Of a stretch of 64,000 nucleotides of DNA, positions 62,101 through 64,000 are shown one piece after another. The position numbers and the translations under genes were made by a program. Numbering within the stretch: the stretch's first letter is position 1; the number at the start of each line of letters is the position of its first letter. The stretch is from Candidatus Zhuqueibacterota bacterium. Its GTDB lineage: Bacteria; Zhuqueibacterota; Zhuqueibacteria; Thermofontimicrobiales; Thermofontimicrobiaceae. The stretch lies in NCBI GenBank assembly GCA_049322915.1, contig JBMOPW010000026.1, forward strand, positions 1 to 64,000, written 5' to 3'. The notes beneath the pieces are model-generated. The model was given only the letters and a program-made list of their open reading frames with translations. It was not told the origin of the DNA and did no database searches.

Positions 62101-62932
62101 GGTGAGGGATCCGGATAATGATTCTTCGGATTTCCAATTTCAAATCAGCGGGAACAGCAAGTTGACCTGGTTTTCCGATGGGGGCAATAAAATACTGAAA
62201 CTCTTTGGCGCGCCGAACTGGCATGGCAGTGAGACGGTGACGCTCACGGTGTACGACGGTAACGGCGGCAGCGACTCCGAACCCTGGAACCTGACCGTCG
62301 TGAGTGTGCCGGACAATCCATCCCCGTTCATGGTGAAATATCCCCGCGGAGAGACATTTTCAGCAAGCGGAGATACCATCCATTTCAGTTGGCGCCGGGC
62401 GGCTGATCCGGAAGGCGGAACGTCGATGTACCAGTTGAGCATTGCCGATGAAATTGGTTTCAATCACGTCATCGACCAATTCAATACAATTCTGGATTCC
62501 AGCCTGAGCTATGTAACGCAATCAACGCTGGCAGAGGCAACTTATTACTGGAGAGTGGTGGCCTTCAACAGCGTGGGTTCCACCGCTTCGGATATCGGCA
62601 CGTTTGTGATTTCATCGACCGCGGTCAATGGCGGCGATGAATCAGCGATGCCAACGAGGTTCGCTCTGTTGCAGAATTATCCCAATCCATTTAATCCGGA
62701 AACCTGCATTAGCTACACCCTGCCGAAGCTGGCAGCGGTCAAGTTGGAAATCTTTAACGCGCTGGGTCAGCGGGTGCTGTTGGCCAGTCCGGGCGAACAG
62801 GGTCCCGGCGTTTATCGTTACATGTGGGATGCGCGCTCGCAGAACGGAGAGTTATTGCCCAGCGGCATTTACATCTGCCGCTTGCAGGCCGAAGGTCAAT
62901 CGTATTTTATCAAAATGGTTTTGCTGCAATGA
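59123..62932 (+). CDS. Large secreted adhesin-like protein: Asp-box propeller, 2 PKD, 5 cadherin-like repeats, FN3-like domain, FlgD/T9SS-type CTD
   Basis: SPDGGNSF/STDAGQSW Asp boxes; PVA(D/E)AGGPY PKD starts; five NxxP..IP....DPD repeats; QNYPNPFNP terminus. Confidence 0.88.
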   Translation: MKLTTGSIAMALLVFLAVVPGFGQQWSTPVTVSSGDTPDMDIDRNTGYVYILSMVNGVTVTKVSPEGAIIAQEIVPGAESDAGGGNFGASIAVDSKGYPHVCYRRSAGTDPDGTPKYNAYYVKKTAAGWQSRLTLSNGVRRGYVVRIDIDDSDVAHIVQGFAFDEEGSEFGRLIYYRVVNNAVNKQVELGAAYPYIYRGNDRAEITTSGKSNVYILSGVPNEDGPVYFIFSPDGGNSFTNFGDIHHNDAFGRNGSPDVAVDSLGNVHICYGTSQDATRLDSASVRYTKFTGENQTLDNACTPNDYLTDWKIGMGLGSIACSDNGQVLITAFVEYPGGPLYTTLSTDAGQSWATPVQLVTNCGSDVGRNKHIIRSRGNKFYLVYPYNYTVQLRAFTFETNDPPVADAGGPYTQAEGSTILFDAAGSSDPDGIVVQYEWDWQNDAIFDTTTTSAVCNHRYTDDFYGQINLRVTDNEGGTHSDLASVTVYNVNPVAEAGGPYQGQPNVEIDCHASATDAGADDVPSLIYQWDVNGDGIYATYGQNIKVKFANGGIYTIRLRVVDNDGGIGLDSATVNITNQPPVVAAIPPQSVNEGTPFNTISLDSYVTDPDNRDDQMVWSARGQVNLTVVINASRVATISPVKANWFGAEMITFTATDPGFLKDSTSTTFTIANVNDRPAIAVIPDQTIPEGGSFAAINLDEYVSDPDHADNQISWQVFGNSQLLYQIQNRVLTVIPPNTEWSGSEQLSIVASDPLNARDTTQTRFTVSGENDPPNVTKIPDQNKAVGTDFSSIALDDYVSDPDNPDSDILWTYSGNTKVTVEITNRVASIERVNPTWVGSDTVIFNAADPGGLSGSSSVIFTSSIGNQPPDVTHIPDQSILEGQSFQTVNLDGYVTDPDNPDNEITWTASGQNDLIITIHNRVVTISQPLDNPDWSGMEVVNFKATDPGGLADSSLTLFIVMSVNDPPVLSTIPNTQFLEDDTLEWPFSNLWSLVRDPDNDSSDFQFQISGNSKLTWFSDGGNKILKLFGAPNWHGSETVTLTVYDGNGGSDSEPWNLTVVSVPDNPSPFMVKYPRGETFSASGDTIHFSWRRAADPEGGTSMYQLSIADEIGFNHVIDQFNTILDSSLSYVTQSTLAEATYYWRVVAFNSVGSTASDIGTFVISSTAVNGGDESAMPTRFALLQNYPNPFNPETCISYTLPKLAAVKLEIFNALGQRVLLASPGEQGPGVYRYMWDARSQNGELLPSGIYICRLQAEGQSYFIKMVLLQ

Positions 62933-63086
62933 CAGGGAGGGGATCGCTAAAAACATTTGGCAATTCCTCTGACAGTTTCGGTTCATGGGCCTTTTTTAAG
63001 TGCCAGTCATTCTGAAATGAATTTTATTAATTATGTTTTGGATTTTACTGAATTTCAACACAGAAATTCAGATAATCCTTTGCGGG

Positions 63087-63126
63087 AAAAAAAGAATCCC
63101 CGGAAATCATCCGGGGATTCTTTTTT
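63087..63126. terminator. Bidirectional intrinsic terminator
   Basis: A-run, gaatccccgga / tccggggattc stem, T-run, between convergent genes. Confidence 0.85.
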
Positions 63127-63338
63127 GAATTCGACTTTTCGGCAGGTCATGTCGCGCTGAACACCTTCCTTATCCGAGCGGACCCGAGCGTTGATATCAG
63201 TCTACTATTCCTCCCTGCGACTTTGAACGATACTTTTGCCCTGAGGCAGCTCGTCCCGTAATGCGTGAAACATCGCTGCGCCTTGCGCTCTGACTTATTG
63301 AGTTACTCTCAAATCAAAGTGTTTCATGAGTGAGGCGC

Positions 63339-63512
63339 TCAGAAACCTTTCAAAAATGTGCCTAACCATAAAATGATGAAAGCGACGAGCAGAATGATGA
63401 ATGCATAGGGTGAGAGAAATGTGATAGTGATGACCCAGTTAACGTTAATGGCGAGAAGAGCCAGGATAGCAGATATGAACCACGTAATTTTTTTGGGAGA
63501 ACTTAATCGCAT
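63339..63512 (-). CDS. Small 2-TM membrane protein (57 aa), absent from the ORF track
   Basis: MRLSSPKKITWFISAILALLAINVNWVITITFLSPYAFIILLVAFIILWLGTFLKGF; AGGAGG RBS; upstream TTGACA-N16-TATGTT. Confidence 0.8.
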   Translation of the reverse strand: MRLSSPKKITWFISAILALLAINVNWVITITFLSPYAFIILLVAFIILWLGTFLKGF

Positions 63513-63753
63513 AACATACCTCCTGAAAGAAAAAATGAATGTTGAATGAACTGATAATAACCTGAAGGCGCGGGATCAAACGGGTGTATTGGTTCCTGGT
63601 GAATGCGCTGGACCATGAAATGTCTAAAACCGATCAGTCGACTTTAAACATAACAAAAGATTTTAAAATGTCAAGTATTTTTTTTCAGGGAGCGCGATTG
63701 CGTCAGCCGATTTTCCGGTCGGAATCCTGCCAGCGCATGATGCAAATATTTTA

Positions 63754-63795
63754 GTCACTTTTCAGCCTCAGAGTCTCAACGGCGCAAAGAAAAAG
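63754..63795. repeat. Left end of family B element
   Basis: gtcacttttcagcctcagagtctcaacggcgcaaagaaaaag aligns with 42003-42044. Confidence 0.55.
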
Positions 63796-64000
63796 AAATT
63801 GTCAAAATGAACGATTCTGAAAAGCTGAATTTGGTTTTAAAAATGAAATTGAATTTCACAGAATAAGAATGAGCCGGCGCTAAAAAGAGGCTGAAGCCCA
63901 ATAATCAACGTTGAATTTTTGTTCCCCGACTTAAAAGTCAGGGCTATTCAAGGTGTCTGACTTTTAACTTTTTCAATGAATTGCCGTGTCATTTATGACG

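Noticed and set aside
60850..62310. Periodic nucleotide similarity as a CRISPR array or DGR repeat
   Set aside because: Explained by in-frame protein domain repeats; no constant repeat-spacer array, cas gene or reverse transcriptase in the window
63140..63160. GACCTGCC (minus strand) resembling a cobalamin riboswitch 3' end
   Set aside because: B12-box and upstream core not found, and it does not precede a gene

Overview
Bacterial chromosomal segment. A diderm FCB-group origin (KSB1/Calditrichota-like) is inferred from two secreted proteins ending in a 'NYPNPFNP' FlgD/T9SS-type C-terminal domain and from the gene content. About 35 CDS; no rRNA, tRNA, CRISPR array or transposase was seen. Housekeeping genes: coaE, comEC, pyk, aroA-aroE-aroC-aroKB, ogt, a rhomboid, and M3 and M14 peptidases. 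Two signalling cassettes stand out, each preceded by a consensus sigma-54 (-24/-12) promoter. (1) 5.8-18.0 kb, minus strand: membrane Ser/Thr kinase, double-FHA/FG-GAP membrane protein, membrane PP2C, membrane TPR protein, and a TPR-degenerate cyclase-pseudokinase. (2) 52.2-58.9 kb, plus strand: secreted Ig/DUF928-like protein, FecR protein, outer-membrane barrel and CHASE2 adenylate cyclase, followed by a large adhesin-like protein. Also present: a large SprA-like barrel paired with an Omp85 protein, an EndoQ-UvrD fusion ending in a beta-clamp motif, a 6-TM protein coupled to a Nudix hydrolase, an ECF sigma/ZAS anti-sigma operon, a 57-aa membrane protein missing from the ORF track, and several families of non-autonomous intergenic repeats. 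All family assignments come from reading motifs by eye; no database search was run.
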